A stretch of 62,965 nt of DNA, the filler included, from Paramecium tetraurelia (taxonomy: Eukaryota): assembly GCA_000165425.1 (NCBI GenBank). It is 8 parts of 5 records of this genome, joined end to end, with 100 filler letters (N's around TTAATTAATTAA, not from the genome) between each part and the next. Parts side by side here need not be neighbours in the genome. Positions count along the whole stretch, not along the records: positions 1 to 15,413 come from CT868055.1; positions 15,514 to 17,333 come from CT868072.1; positions 17,434 to 19,769 come from CT868084.1; positions 19,870 to 43,855 come from CT868084.1; 4 more parts are not named here. One strand, written 5' to 3'. Below, piece after piece: positions 14,168-26,900 of this stretch (its first letter is position 1; every line of letters starts with the position of its first letter). The position numbers and the translations under genes are program-made. The notes beneath the pieces were generated by a model. That model saw nothing but the letters and a program-made list of their open reading frames with translations. It was not told the DNA's origin and made no database searches.

Positions 14168-15413
14168 ATGTAATTTTTATAGCCAAAAGTAATAGAAAAT
14201 GAGTGTTTCTGCAAACAGCATAAACAACCTATTGAATTAGTCATTCTAGATTCTAAATTATCAAACGATTAAAGAGTTTTATGTAAGTCTTGTAGTAAAT
14301 TGAATCCAAACAAAGCTGAGATTGTTAATTATCTACTACTTAAAGAGAACTTTGATAGACAATAAAGTGAAAGGATAAAACAATACCAGCCAATAATCAA
14401 ACCTCATATAGAATATGTTGAAAACTTTTAGAAAGTTGCTGATGCATTCAAAACAAGATTAGTTCGATAGCTTGATAATTTTTTGTGGCTTTCCAAAGAT
14501 TGGATTACTAATTTGAGTGATATTGCATAATAATACAGCTTTTTGGGAGAATTAGATGCTTTCATTAAGTAGTCATAGTTTGTTGTTGATTAAAGAAATA
14601 CAATGTAAAACATTAAAAAATTAAATGAAAATTGGAATATTAAAATATAAAAATAATTGGATCGATTAAATCTCTAACCTGAAATCAAGAAATGTTAGGA
14701 TATATTGTGCTCTTTAAGTCAATTAGTCCAAAATCAAGAAAGAGAAATTAACTAGGAATATTCTTCACATTCAAAGATACAATAACCTTTAAAAGACGAA
14801 TTAATTTATAATAGAAAGGATGATTTCTATTAGGTATTGACTTAGACTAAGAACTTTGATAGATCTTACCTTAATGAGCTACTTAAGTTGTTGAGAAATT
14901 AGAAAATTACTAATTGTTTAGAGTTCTTTAAAAATTAAAGTCAGTTATAATTTATTACATCTATGATTTAAAATATTAGCGAAATAGACATAAATTAGAT
15001 GAATTATTCAAATGATAAATATGATTAAATAAGAAAGGAATTGATCCAAAAAATATCTTATGATGAAAACATCATTGAATTTTTGAAATTTCTTGTATCA
15101 TTGACTTCAATTGACGAGAGATTTATCTAATGTGGATCTAATGCACTCAATTTATTGGTTGAAATGAAGGTGGATTTGAGAGAACACAGCTTTGAAAATA
15201 TAAGGATGAGGGATACTTCATTGATTGGTGGTAATTTTGTAAGATGCAATTTTAACGGATCAGAATTTGATAATGTGGATATAAGTGGAGTTAATTTGAA
15301 TTAGGCTTAATTGTTCAATTGTAAATGGAAAAACATCAAAATTCATGAGTTAAATAGATTAGATGGTCATTCAGGTAGAGTAAGGCAGTCAATTTCTCTC
15401 CTGATGGTACTAC
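14168..15413 (+). CDS. Zn-finger-like/coiled-coil + pentapeptide-repeat + WD40 protein (3' truncated at contig end)
   Basis: About 405-codon open frame in code 6: MQFLQPKVIENECFCKQHKQPI...LCKSC...FLKFLVSLTSIDERFIQCGSNALNLLVEMKVDL...SLIGGNFVRCNFNGSEFDNVDISGVNLNQAQLFNCKWKNIKIHELNRLDGH. The first WD40 (VNFSPDGT) follows after a 1-nt homopolymer shift near 15385. Confidence 0.9.
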
Positions 15414-15513
15414 NNNNNNNNNNNNNNNNNNNNNNNNNNNNNNNNNNNNNNNNNNNNTTAATTAATTAANNNNNNNNNNNNNNNNNNNNNNNNNNNNNNN
15501 NNNNNNNNNNNNN
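15414..15513. other. Artificial contig spacer
   Basis: N44-TTAATTAATTAA-N44, identical at seven places in the window. Confidence 0.95.
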
Positions 15514-15558
15514 ACATGAGTTACATTGAGTTCCTGATTCGCAATTATTACAATGAGG
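15514..15558. repeat. 45-bp exact direct repeat; second copy at 17289-17333
   Basis: acatgagttacattgagttcctgattcgcaattattacaatgagg forms both the first and the last 45 nt of this contig. Confidence 0.95.
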
Positions 15559-17333
15559 TGAACAGATAACGCAGGTAGTATTATCCAAATAATAGCCTAC
15601 TTTGCATATTGAACAATTGATTGAAGAGCCAGAACATTTTGTGCAAGAAGAATTGCATTGGGTGCAAGTAGAACCATCAAGATAATATCCAATTACACAT
15701 GAAGAGCAATTTTCTGTATTTGAACAGGCCACACATGGAGATTAGCATAATTTACAAGTTGTAGTATCTAAATAATAACCAACGATGCATGATTGACAGG
15801 TGTTGATAGCACTGCAAGTTAAGCAAGGGTCTGGACAATCAGTACATGTTGAGTTATTCAAATAAAATTCAGATGCACAGGATTGACAATTAGTGGAAAT
15901 ACCAACACATGATGTACAAGTAGAATTACAAGCCATGCATTTTGTTTAACCACTATCATAATATTAACCTGTTTCACAAGTACAATTTGAGCAAGCTAGT
16001 GTTTGATAGATATAATAAAATTACTTGCACATTTGTTGAATTCATTTACCTACGTATTGACTATCGCAGCTCAAACAGTATCCAGTTGTATCAGCACAAG
16101 TAACACAATGCAGGTCACATTGACTACAAGTTTAGCCATTTAAGTAATATCCGATAATGCATGAAGTACATTTTGTAGAGGTATCAATGCAAGTCTTACA
16201 GGTCGTAGAACATTAGTCACAAGCATCACCAAAGTAGCCAGAAGCACAAGCGTCACATTTTACAGAGCCATTTAAGAATTAACAAGTGGACTGGCATTAT
16301 GCAGGACAATCTAAGAAAATTAATTAGTAAATTTACGTTTGCAGGTTGTTCCGTCAAGATAATTTGATTATTTGCAAGTTGAACATTGAGAAGCTGCTGA
16401 TCCAGAGCATGTAGCACATTCTTAAGCGCATAATTAGCATTGCGCTCCATCAAAGTAATGTCCATCGACACAAGTTTCGCATGTTGAAGCATTTAAACAG
16501 TTTAGGCACGGTGAGTTACAAGCATGACAACTGTTTGATTCCAAGTAGTAACCATTAACACACTTTTAACAATTTGTATTTCCAGATACCGAGCATTGTG
16601 TGCAGGGAGATTGACAAGCTTCACAAGTCTTACTTGAATCGATGTAATAATATCCAACAAGACAGGTTGAGCAAACATTTTCGGATTCGCAAGTGTCACA
16701 GTGGTTTATGCATTATGAGCAGGAATTATTATTCAAGAAGTATTTGGATAAGCAGGATAAACAATGGGTGGCTGAAGTTTCACAGGTGGCACAAAGGCTG
16801 TTGCAAGCAGAGCAACCATTTCCTGATATGAATGATCCAGGAGAACATTATTTACAAGTACCATCCAAATAATAATTTGATTGGCAAGAAGTACATTCAG
16901 AAGCACTGTTGCACTTAGTACATCCAGTTGGACAAGTTTAGCATGAAGTTCCTTCAATGTAGTAGCCATCAGTGCAAGATGAGCATGTAGTTTCAGATGT
17001 GCAAGTGGTGCATTTATCATTGCATTTAGTACAAGTGGAATTATTAAGCCAATATCCAGGATTACATATAGTACATTAACTAGAGCTTTCACACTCCACA
17101 CATTGACTTGCACAAGGTAAACATTGATTGCCTTCAAGGTATCTTCCTGAATTGCATGTTGTACAATTTGAATCACTGTTCAAACATGATTTACAAGTAG
17201 TAGAGCAATCATAACAATGGCCAGAAGAGTAGTATTAAGTACTTGTGCATGCTTCACATTATCCATTGACTATCTGATAGCCAGAATCACATGAGTTACA
17301 TTGAGTTCCTGATTCGCAATTATTACAATGAGG
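15514..17333 (-). CDS. Furin-like (growth factor receptor-type) Cys-rich repeat surface protein, internal fragment
   Basis: Continuous CxxCxxxCxxC..CxxCxxGYY repeats (PHCNNCESGTQCNSCDSGYQ...). Introns at 16311-16336 (26 nt) and 15996-16024 (29 nt). One +1 shift near 16050. Confidence 0.9.
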
Positions 17334-17433
17334 NNNNNNNNNNNNNNNNNNNNNNNNNNNNNNNNNNNNNNNNNNNNTTAATTAATTAANNNNNNNNNNN
17401 NNNNNNNNNNNNNNNNNNNNNNNNNNNNNNNNN
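17334..17433. other. Artificial contig spacer
   Basis: N44-TTAATTAATTAA-N44. Confidence 0.95.
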
Positions 17434-18229
17434 ACCAACCCATCCAAAACAAAAAACTTAATTCCTCCATTCACTTCAAATTATTAAAATTTAATATACT
17501 CTTCTTAATTACCATATCTATTACATCTAACCACAAATTAATACTCATCTCATAATATTTTTCCCTCTTATATAACCATAAACTCCTCAATAAATCATCC
17601 ATTTATATCATCTCAATCTAACTCAATTATTACAATATATAAAATAATCCTTATCCACAAACAATCATATAATATAAATATACGCAACTTAAACACCAAT
17701 TTATCATCCATATTTCCAAATTAATTATTTTATTTATTACAATTAAGAATAAAAGACTTTAATAATGAGTTGAATCATAAATTATTATTAAGATCTAATT
17801 GGTTCTTAAATCTCATAAATACAACCAGCTAATGTCAATAATTCAATATTTGAACCTTTATCTTAAAAAGCCAACATCTAAATTAATTGGATTAAATTAA
17901 CAAATGACATTATCTCATAATTATTTTTTATTTCTAAATATAGATAAATTAAAATACTTTATCTCTCATAAAATCTAAATATCAAACTAAGCTACTTCAA
18001 TTGGTATTAGATGTTAGAGTAAACTATTACTTTTCTATTCTTATTCATCATTCCCCGCCAATTATGTTAGCTGTGCTTCAGGATATTAGGTAATGAATTG
18101 TAATAACTTTAAAATGGTAATTTTAGAAATTGCTTTTAATTTTATAATTTAAAGAAATGCATATGTATTAAATCTATGATTATAAAATTATATGATTTGA
18201 TACAAATACATATTTTTTAGAAATCCATT

Positions 18230-19769
18230 TTATTAAGAATTTTGAAAGTTAGTTTGGGGAATAATAATTTGAATATTATTTTACTCATTTGAATTGCCGT
18301 GATTTGGAATATAAATTATATCAATTAAAATAAATTCTAAATTAATATAAAAGTCACTTTATCTTCTTAAAGTAGTTTTACATTTCTGAATAAGTAGCAC
18401 TAACTTTAAGCATCACTAATCTATATGAGAGACTCTATCTGAATTAAAGAATTAGGTTTATTAATTCTCTATTCTCTAGGTTATTTTTGATAATATATGA
18501 CTAAAATATGACAGACTTTTAGGGACTACTTTGCTCTTATTTTCATAAGTAATCAAAATGCATTTAGTTAAGAAAAAAATTTTCATAGTTTTTGTTAAAG
18601 AAAATTTATTTTTTAATGATAAGGGAATAATTTTAGTTGGAAATAAGTGAAACTGAATTTTAACAATAAAATTAATAAATTTAACGATATTCTACTCCTC
18701 TATAGCTCTTAAGTCAATACTAGGCCTATGATACAATAATAAAGTTATCTTTCACAATATTTTCGAAGAATCATATAAACACTTTAAATTATTAAATTTC
18801 TACTGAACTAAAAATCATAAATTACGATATACATAGAATTTTACATGGTCAAATAGATAAAATTATAAAGGAATAGATTTTTGAATTCTTCTAAAAACAA
18901 ATTCTCATCAACTAGGGAAATCTATTGAAAAATAAAATTATTATCACAGGTTAGCGCAAATAAATATTACTTTTTTGATATATTTGAATGAGAGTTTCTT
19001 CATAAGTATTAAAATGAGTTTATATCATTATTGAATCAAATTTTCCAAATAACTAGAAAATATAAACTATATTTAAAAAAATAATTATTTATTAATAAAT
19101 AATAGAACCAGATGATGAAATATTAAATTTCTTGATTGCATACCAGTTTTTTAAAAGCCAAAAAAAATTTATAGAAAGCTTAAAAGAGTTAATAAACTAC
19201 AGCAGAGATAATTATGAAAAATAAAATAAAAAATTAATGTCTCTTTTATATTAAATTTAATCAATTATTTTTAGGATTAAACTAAGGCAAAAATTAGTTG
19301 AAATTCTTAATAACCCAAAAAAAAGAAAATTTATACAAATTCAAGATGGAAAGTATAAACAAATTGATTTTCTCTCTCTCTAATTCAAAGAATAATAATA
19401 CTGTGATGATATTAAATATTAAGCATTCGTTTTATCTTGATAAGCAGCCTAACTGCAAATAATAGTTGGAATTATTTTCGACAACAAAATTATAAAATTA
19501 TTATAATTTTAATAAATAAAAAGAACTGATAGTTTTGTTAGATCATTATTATTTACCTTGCAAGATTACAAATTAATGATTATTGAAAAATAGAATTTGA
19601 AAAATTTTCAAAAATAGAAAGATGATTTTGAGCTATTTATATATTTAATGAATCGATTCTATAAAAAAAGCCTTTAATTTTGACATGAGGAAAATATTTT
19701 TGTCACAATATATAAGCAATATTATATTAAGAAAAATTAAAATAAATAAATTTTATTAAATGTTTGCTA
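18230..19769 (+). pseudogene. Hypothetical AT-rich coding remnant
   Basis: Protein-like stretches (IEPDDEILNFLIAYQFFKSQKKFIESLKELINY...) with frameshifts and TGAs at 18989, 19438 and 19681. No recognisable domain. Confidence 0.3.
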
Positions 19770-19869
19770 NNNNNNNNNNNNNNNNNNNNNNNNNNNNNNN
19801 NNNNNNNNNNNNNTTAATTAATTAANNNNNNNNNNNNNNNNNNNNNNNNNNNNNNNNNNNNNNNNNNNN
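19770..19869. other. Artificial contig spacer
   Basis: N44-TTAATTAATTAA-N44. Confidence 0.95.
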
Positions 19870-20680
19870 CAAATTTATGGTTCAGTAAAAAATAGAATTT
19901 AGTAAATTTTTGTAATAATAAGATTATTTTGAGGTATTTATGTGATATAATGTATTAGTTCTATATAAATAGCATTTCTTTAGAAGCGGAAAAATATATT
20001 TTGCAAATATATATATAATATTATTTTGCTAAATATTGAACTTAAAAATGTAATGAACATTACTATAAAATTTTATCAGTTTATTGCATCAACCAAAAAT
20101 TATTCTATGCTTAATTAAGTTTTTCAACATCTATGCTTTTCAATATTTAACATATTTGATATTTTGTATCTCCTAAGTCCGAGGTTTCATTTAAAGGATA
20201 TTTCATAATATAAGTTATTTTTAATTATAATCATATTATATTTAAAAAGATATTAAAATAAATTAATTTTATCTAATATTTTTTCCTAGAAAATAAATAA
20301 ATATTCATCTTTTATTTAAGGATGAAATTTTGTAAATCTCTCTTGATAATTATTTTAAATAAATACGATTTATTATTTACTAATATTTTATATTAACTGT
20401 AAATCCATAAGAATTAATAGATTAATTTATATATTTTTCATAAAAATTTATTAGAATTTTCCAAAATTAGTGTTCCTTTTATGATATTCATAATGGCTCT
20501 TTAAAATAGATAAATTTTCGGTTGAGTTTTCACATATGTTTGGAATTAATTCAAAAATTAAATATAAACTAGAAAATAATTTTATATATAAATTTCCTTA
20601 AAGTTGCTTTTGGAGCCTAATTTGATTGTAGATAAGGCATTTTGCAAAGAAATTATATACTATTGGTAGAGTTTGACAAT
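19870..20680 (-). pseudogene. Hypothetical ORF remnant divergent from the gene at 20914
   Basis: About 160-codon TGA-free frame (LIFELIPNICENSTENLSILKSHYEYH...) followed by a frameshift. No domain recognised. Confidence 0.25.
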
Positions 20681-20913
20681 TTAAATTATATTGAAAAAAA
20701 AGTAGAAAGTTACTGTTATTAAACAGACAACAAAATAAAAATTAATTCTTATTTTAGTCGGACTTTTATATCTAATTATAATATATTAAATTTAAAAAAA
20801 TTGAATACCAAAGGACGCTATATCTTCTAAATTGTAGTTTAAGATTTTATTTTTGTTATAGAAATTCACCTATTTAATATATCTTAAATTATAATAAATC
20901 ATTAATTATATTA

Positions 20914-23900
20914 ATGATTTAATCTAGCTTTGCAATAATTCTTTATCTGAATTGTTTAATCAAAGTTTTTGGAATTCAAGAAACGATATCAACTTCATTT
21001 AAGGATAGCACTTTTTCTGATGCTGATAGTAATTAAAATTCATTAAAATTTAGATTGGGTTGTAGTTGGAGCCTAACCGTAAATTACATAATGTTCAACT
21101 AAGACATTGTTTGGAGGATATAATATTTTTGGAGCAAAAACAAGTATTACAAAAACCATAGCACTTCCACCCCATTATTAGTTAAATATGGCGTTTTTAT
21201 TTTGCAAGTAAGTTCTATAAAATATGATAGCATTGATATATCGAATGTTTATATGCTTATAGTCTATTTTGATTAGAATATTGGATATTCGGTTTAAGTA
21301 TCTCCAACTCAAGCAAATTCGATATGTGGGAATGGGGCAGTGGGCGACTCATGCTCTAATTTTAGGGCAACTTTTAGTCATTCAAGTCCTACAGCCGTAA
21401 TTTTGGTCACTACTACTATGACTTAACCAGCCGATTAGGTAAGAACATTAAAATATTTTTAAGCAATTTTGGGGAATTAGAGATATCATTATATATGTTG
21501 ATAAATGTCCCGATGGATGCTTACTATGCAAAGCTACTGATTTAACTGTTTAATGTTTAGGTTGGCAGGTATTCCACACAAGTTGGGCCTAACTAAATAT
21601 AAATGAAATATCATCCGATGGTTGGAATGTAAATTTTGGAATTGCTGAAGCAACATAATGTGGATGTAAAAAAGATTGAATATGAATTAGCTACGGCTTT
21701 ATTTGGTGGTTCTAACAAGTTCGGAGTGGATACTGATCTCAGTCAATCTTTTTTTAACATTCCAAAACATGATAAATTGAGGATTTAATTTTTATGGACG
21801 AAAATTGAGTCCTGGAATTAAGAAGCAGCATCTATGTTAGTAAATGGTGCCAAGGTTTGGGAAACAAAATTTTTGTCGTCTGATGGTTATAATTGGTAGA
21901 TTTGTGGAGAACAACCAGACAAAAATTTAAAAACATGTTTTTATAGAGTTGATGTAGAATTAAATCAAACGAGTCAATTAGATATCACTTTTACTACAAA
22001 TATATATAGCACTACTTAGCAATAGTCATTTGGAATCAGGGACTTTGTAATTTATACTAGATATTGCCCTTAAGGAACATATTGGACTGGGGTTTCCGAT
22101 TTCATTTGTTAATGTATTTGTGTATTATTTTAATTTAGACTGCTACAAATCATGCTACAAATGTGATGGCCCAAATTAAGAAGACTGCACTGATTGCGGA
22201 GACCCTACGATATATAAAAAATAATTAGTGGCTGGTTAATGTAAATGCATATCAAGAACAATTGAATAGGATAACATTGATGGGACTACTTCATGTTAAA
22301 GTATTTTAGTCTTAATTATACATATTAGCTTGCAATCCTAAATGTGAGAGGTGTTATAAGCCTTTTGATAATACTGTTAATTAATATTGCACAATGTGTT
22401 TAGAAGGTTTGAATAGAGTTGTTTCTGATTAATTTATGTGTGTTTGCAGAACAGGTTATGGCGAGGATGGCATTTCTGAAGCTTGCTTTAGTAATAATTT
22501 TCTTAATTTTAGAATGTCATTATACTTGTGAACATTGCAATGGTTTCTTAGCAAATAATTGTACTACCTGCTCATCCTAGTCTAATCGTATTCTGACTTC
22601 TGATAATCAATGTATATGCAACATAGGATATTATGATACTGGAATCAATGATATCATCTGTAAAAGTAATTTATTAAATATCTCAATTTACAGAAATTTG
22701 CCATAATACATGCTCAAGTTGTACATTAGCTGGAGTAGATTAATGTACAGGTTGTCCAATTACAAGAAAACCTGATAGAACAGGAACCACTTTTCAATGC
22801 TTGTGCAAAAATTCTCACTAATATAGTGACGAAACAAAATTAGAATGTTAAGAATGTCATTTAACTTGCTTAACTTGTAATGGCGGTTAGGATAGTAACT
22901 GTTTAACCTGCGACATTGCTTATCGGAAATTATCAATGTAGAAATGTATTTGTCCTAATGGATATTATGACAAAGGCTAGTTAATCTGCTCCCGTAATTA
23001 TTAAGAGTATTAAAAGCTTGCCATAAGAAGTGTATGACCTGCTTTGGTCCAGCTGAAAATAATTGTCTAACTTGTTCCAATAGTAACAATAGAGTATTCA
23101 AGACTAATCTGTGTATATGTCCAGATACATATATGGAAAAATAAGTTGGTGATGTTATGTGCTACAGTAAATAATATAATAAATACTAGAATGCTCATAT
23201 CGCTGTTCTAGTTGCAGTGTTAAAATAGAAAATTGTACAGCATGTCCACTCTAATCTTATAGGGATTTAGGAACGGATAATTCATGCTCTTGCCAAGCTA
23301 ATATGTATGACTAACTCAATAATCCAATTTGCATTCGTATATATCTAATTTAAAACTAGCCTGTCATTACACTTGCTTAACATGTAAAGGACCTGAATCA
23401 AATTAATGCTCATCCTGTTATACATAAATTATGAGACAATTGGATCCATCAGGGTCTTGTTTATGTATGAATAGCTACTATGATCCTGGAAAAGCTGGTT
23501 GTTTAGGTATAAATCAAACTATTTTAGCATGCAATCCCCGTTGTTTGAATTGTGCAATCTCTGCTGATAATTGTATATCTTGTAAATCAGATAGATACTT
23601 ACAGGGGAATACTTGTATTTGCTAAAACAAGATAAATGGTGCTCTCATAAGCAAATACGAAAAATCAGGCAAAGTTGATTGTCTAAGTGAGATCTAATTA
23701 ATTTAATATAGGTTGTCATTATTCTTGCTTAGATTGCTATGGATCCGAATTTAATCAATGTACTAAATGTTTGGATAGTGAGGGTAGAATTTTGTCTAAT
23801 TCTACTTGTCTTTGTGCCTCCCCTAATATTGATATTGGAAAACCATAATGTTAATGTTTAATTTTAGAAATAAATACTAGAATGCCAATATAGTTGTGAA

Positions 23901-26900
23901 ACTTGTGAACATATACTTATAAATTGTTTATCTTGTGCTCCAAATACTTTTAGAACTTTATCCATTTCACGATGTATTTGCTAATAAGGTTATTTTGATG
24001 ATGGATCTAATCCTATATGCTAAAGTACTTTAGAATTAAATAATTAATAGAATGCCACTATTCTTGTTAGTATTGTTCCTCTTTTTCGACTAAATGCGAT
24101 GCATGTTCATCTACATTAAATAGAGAATTAAATCCATTGATGTTTACTTGTAATTGTAGGGAATCTTATTATGATACTGGTTATGAAGCCTGTTAAAAAT
24201 GCCATTATTCTTGTTTGGCTTGTAATTCTTTTGGAAATGAATTTTGTGAATCTTGTAAAGACAAGTCAATTTCTTTTAGAGTCTTTAATAAAGGAGTCTG
24301 TTATTGCTTGCCTGGATATTTTGATGATGGAGCTTCTCCTAATTGTCAGAAATGCAAAATTTCATGTTTGACTTGTTAAAACACTGCAACTTATTGTACA
24401 TCATGTGAATCAACGAGACATTCTGAAGGGAATAGTTGTTTATGTAATACAGGTTATTTTGAAATTGATCAAGTTTTATGTGATAAATGTGATCAGAATT
24501 GTTTAAATTGCTCAATTAATCCTAAGATGTGTACTGAATGTGATTCAATGAGAATTCTAAATAAAATAACTAAAACTTGCATTTGCAACCCTGGAACTAT
24601 TGAAATTGATGANNNNNNNNNNNNNNNNNNNNNNNNNNNNNNNNNNNNNNNNNNNNNNNNNNNNNNNNNNNNNNNNNNNNNNNNNNNNNNNNNNNNNNNN
24701 NNNNNNNNNNNNNNNNNNNNNNNNNNNNNNNNNNNNNNNNNNNNNNNNNNNNNNNNNNNNNNNNNNNNNNNNNNNNNNNNNNNNNNNNNNNNNNNNNNNN
24801 NNNNNNNNNNNNNNNNNNNNNNNNNNNNNNNNNNNNNNNNNNNNNNNNNNNNNNNNNNNNNNNNNNNNNNNNNNNNNNNNNNNNNNNNNNNNNNNNNNNN
24901 NNNNNNNNNNNNNNNNNNNNNNNNNNNNNNNNNNNNNNNNNNNNNNNNNNNNNNNNNNNNNNNNNNNNNNNNNNNNNNNNNNNNNNNNNNNNNNNNNNNN
25001 NNNNNNNNNNNNNNNNNNNNNNNNNNNNNNNNNNNNNNNNNNNNNNNNNNNNNNNNNNNNNNNNNNNNNNNNNNNNNNNNNNNNNNNNNNNNNNNNNNNN
25101 NNNNNNNNNNNNNNNNNNNNNNNNNNNNNNNNNNNNNNNNNNNNNNNNNNNNNNNNNNNNNNNNNNNNNNNNNNNNNNNNNNNNNNNNNNNNNNNNNNNN
25201 NNNNNNNNNNNNNNNNNNNNNNNNNNNNNNNNNNNNNNNNNNNNNNNNNNNNNNNNTGAGGTTAATGCAAAGAAATGTTAATGTAAAAAATTTAAAGAAT
25301 ATCATTAGTATGCGATTATAGTGTAAGACTTGTTAAACTTCACCTACATATTGCTTATCATGTGAATCACTCTACTATAGACTTTTAAAGTCTAATTAAT
25401 GTATTTGTTAGGATGGATATTATGATATTGGGATTGAGATGTGTTAACTATGCGATCCAATTTGTTTGACTTGTTGGAAGTCTTCAACTTAATGTACTTC
25501 TTGCAACTAAATCCAAAACTTTAGATTATTGAATCTAAATCAATGTATTTGTTAAAGTGGATATTATGATATTGGTTAATTGGTTTGCTAAAGTAGAATT
25601 ATTATTAATTTATAGAGTGCTCTAATTAATGTCTCACTTGCTAAGGGAAAAAAGATTTTTGTACAAGTTGTGATATTTATCAATATAGAATTGATCAATC
25701 TGTTATTAATAAATGCCCTTGTTAATTAGGTTTTTATTAAGATATGAATGAAATATGTTAAAGTATTAATTTTCATAAAATCAGGATGTCATTATAAATG
25801 TTAAACATGTGTTTAGTAAAAGGATAATTGTTTAAGTTGTGTTTAATCAAAAACTTCAAATAGACTCAGCATCTCTAAAAGTTGTATTTGCAAGGATGGC
25901 TACTTTGATAATGACATATAATCAGATTGCTTAAAATGCAGTCCATAATGTAAATTGTGTTTAAACTCATCAAATAACTGTTTAACTTGCTATGGTGATC
26001 TGAGAGAAGAACCCCCCGTTTGTAACTGCAAACTTGGTTATTTTGAGACATTCTCTGGGATTTGTGAACGTAATCAATTATCATTATAATATAGCTTGTG
26101 AAAATTAATGTTATAATTGTGAAAAGAGTCCATCTAATTGTTTATCATGCTAAGAAGGGAGAATTACTTCAACTTTGTGTTTGTTAAGAGGGGTATTATG
26201 AAAGTGGATAACCTCATTGTGATTGTATTTTTCTCAATTATACTCTAAGAATGTTCGTTTTAATGTAAAACATGCAAGGATTCCTCAATAAATTGTTTAA
26301 GTTGTAAAGGAGATCGGATTAACATTCCTATTTGTTCATGTCCTGATGGATATTATGATGATTACTTGAATGATCTTTGTTAGGTTTGTAATTGGTTATG
26401 CTAAACATGTAACTTAGATGGCTGTCTAACATGTAAAGCAAATAGGATCTTATCTCCTGAAATGTCTTGTGATTAACCACCTGGTTCTGTGAGTTATACT
26501 GATACTCCATGGTGTTCAAGTATTAATTCTTAATGAATATCAAAGCTTGTTAAGTAGCTGTACTCAAAATTAGGTTCTCTGATGACATGCTCTCAATATT
26601 CGTCAAATTTGATTTTTCTTTGAATCCACATTTTTTCACTACTCAATATTAAGAAAATATCTGTTAAAAAATATTAGAAGATCAAACCTTTTAATTACTT
26701 GGTAGGGATCCTAATTGTTATATTGATCCTAATGATGATACGATAATAATAATAGGGGTAGGATAATAACCTAGGATTCTTCCAGGAGATTTGATCTTAA
26801 TCTAAGAAAAACATTTGGGCCATTAAGGTTGCGATGAGCCATTAGTTATTTTTATCTTTAATTAAATTAAAAGTCCTATAAACCCAGTATCTCCAATTTT

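Noticed and set aside
18230..19769. TGA read as Trp (ambiguous-stop genetic code), also considered for 50217-51200
   Set aside because: At this AT content TGA is expected roughly once per 50-60 codons in random frames, similar to what is seen. Intact genes use TGG for Trp and TGA only as stop.
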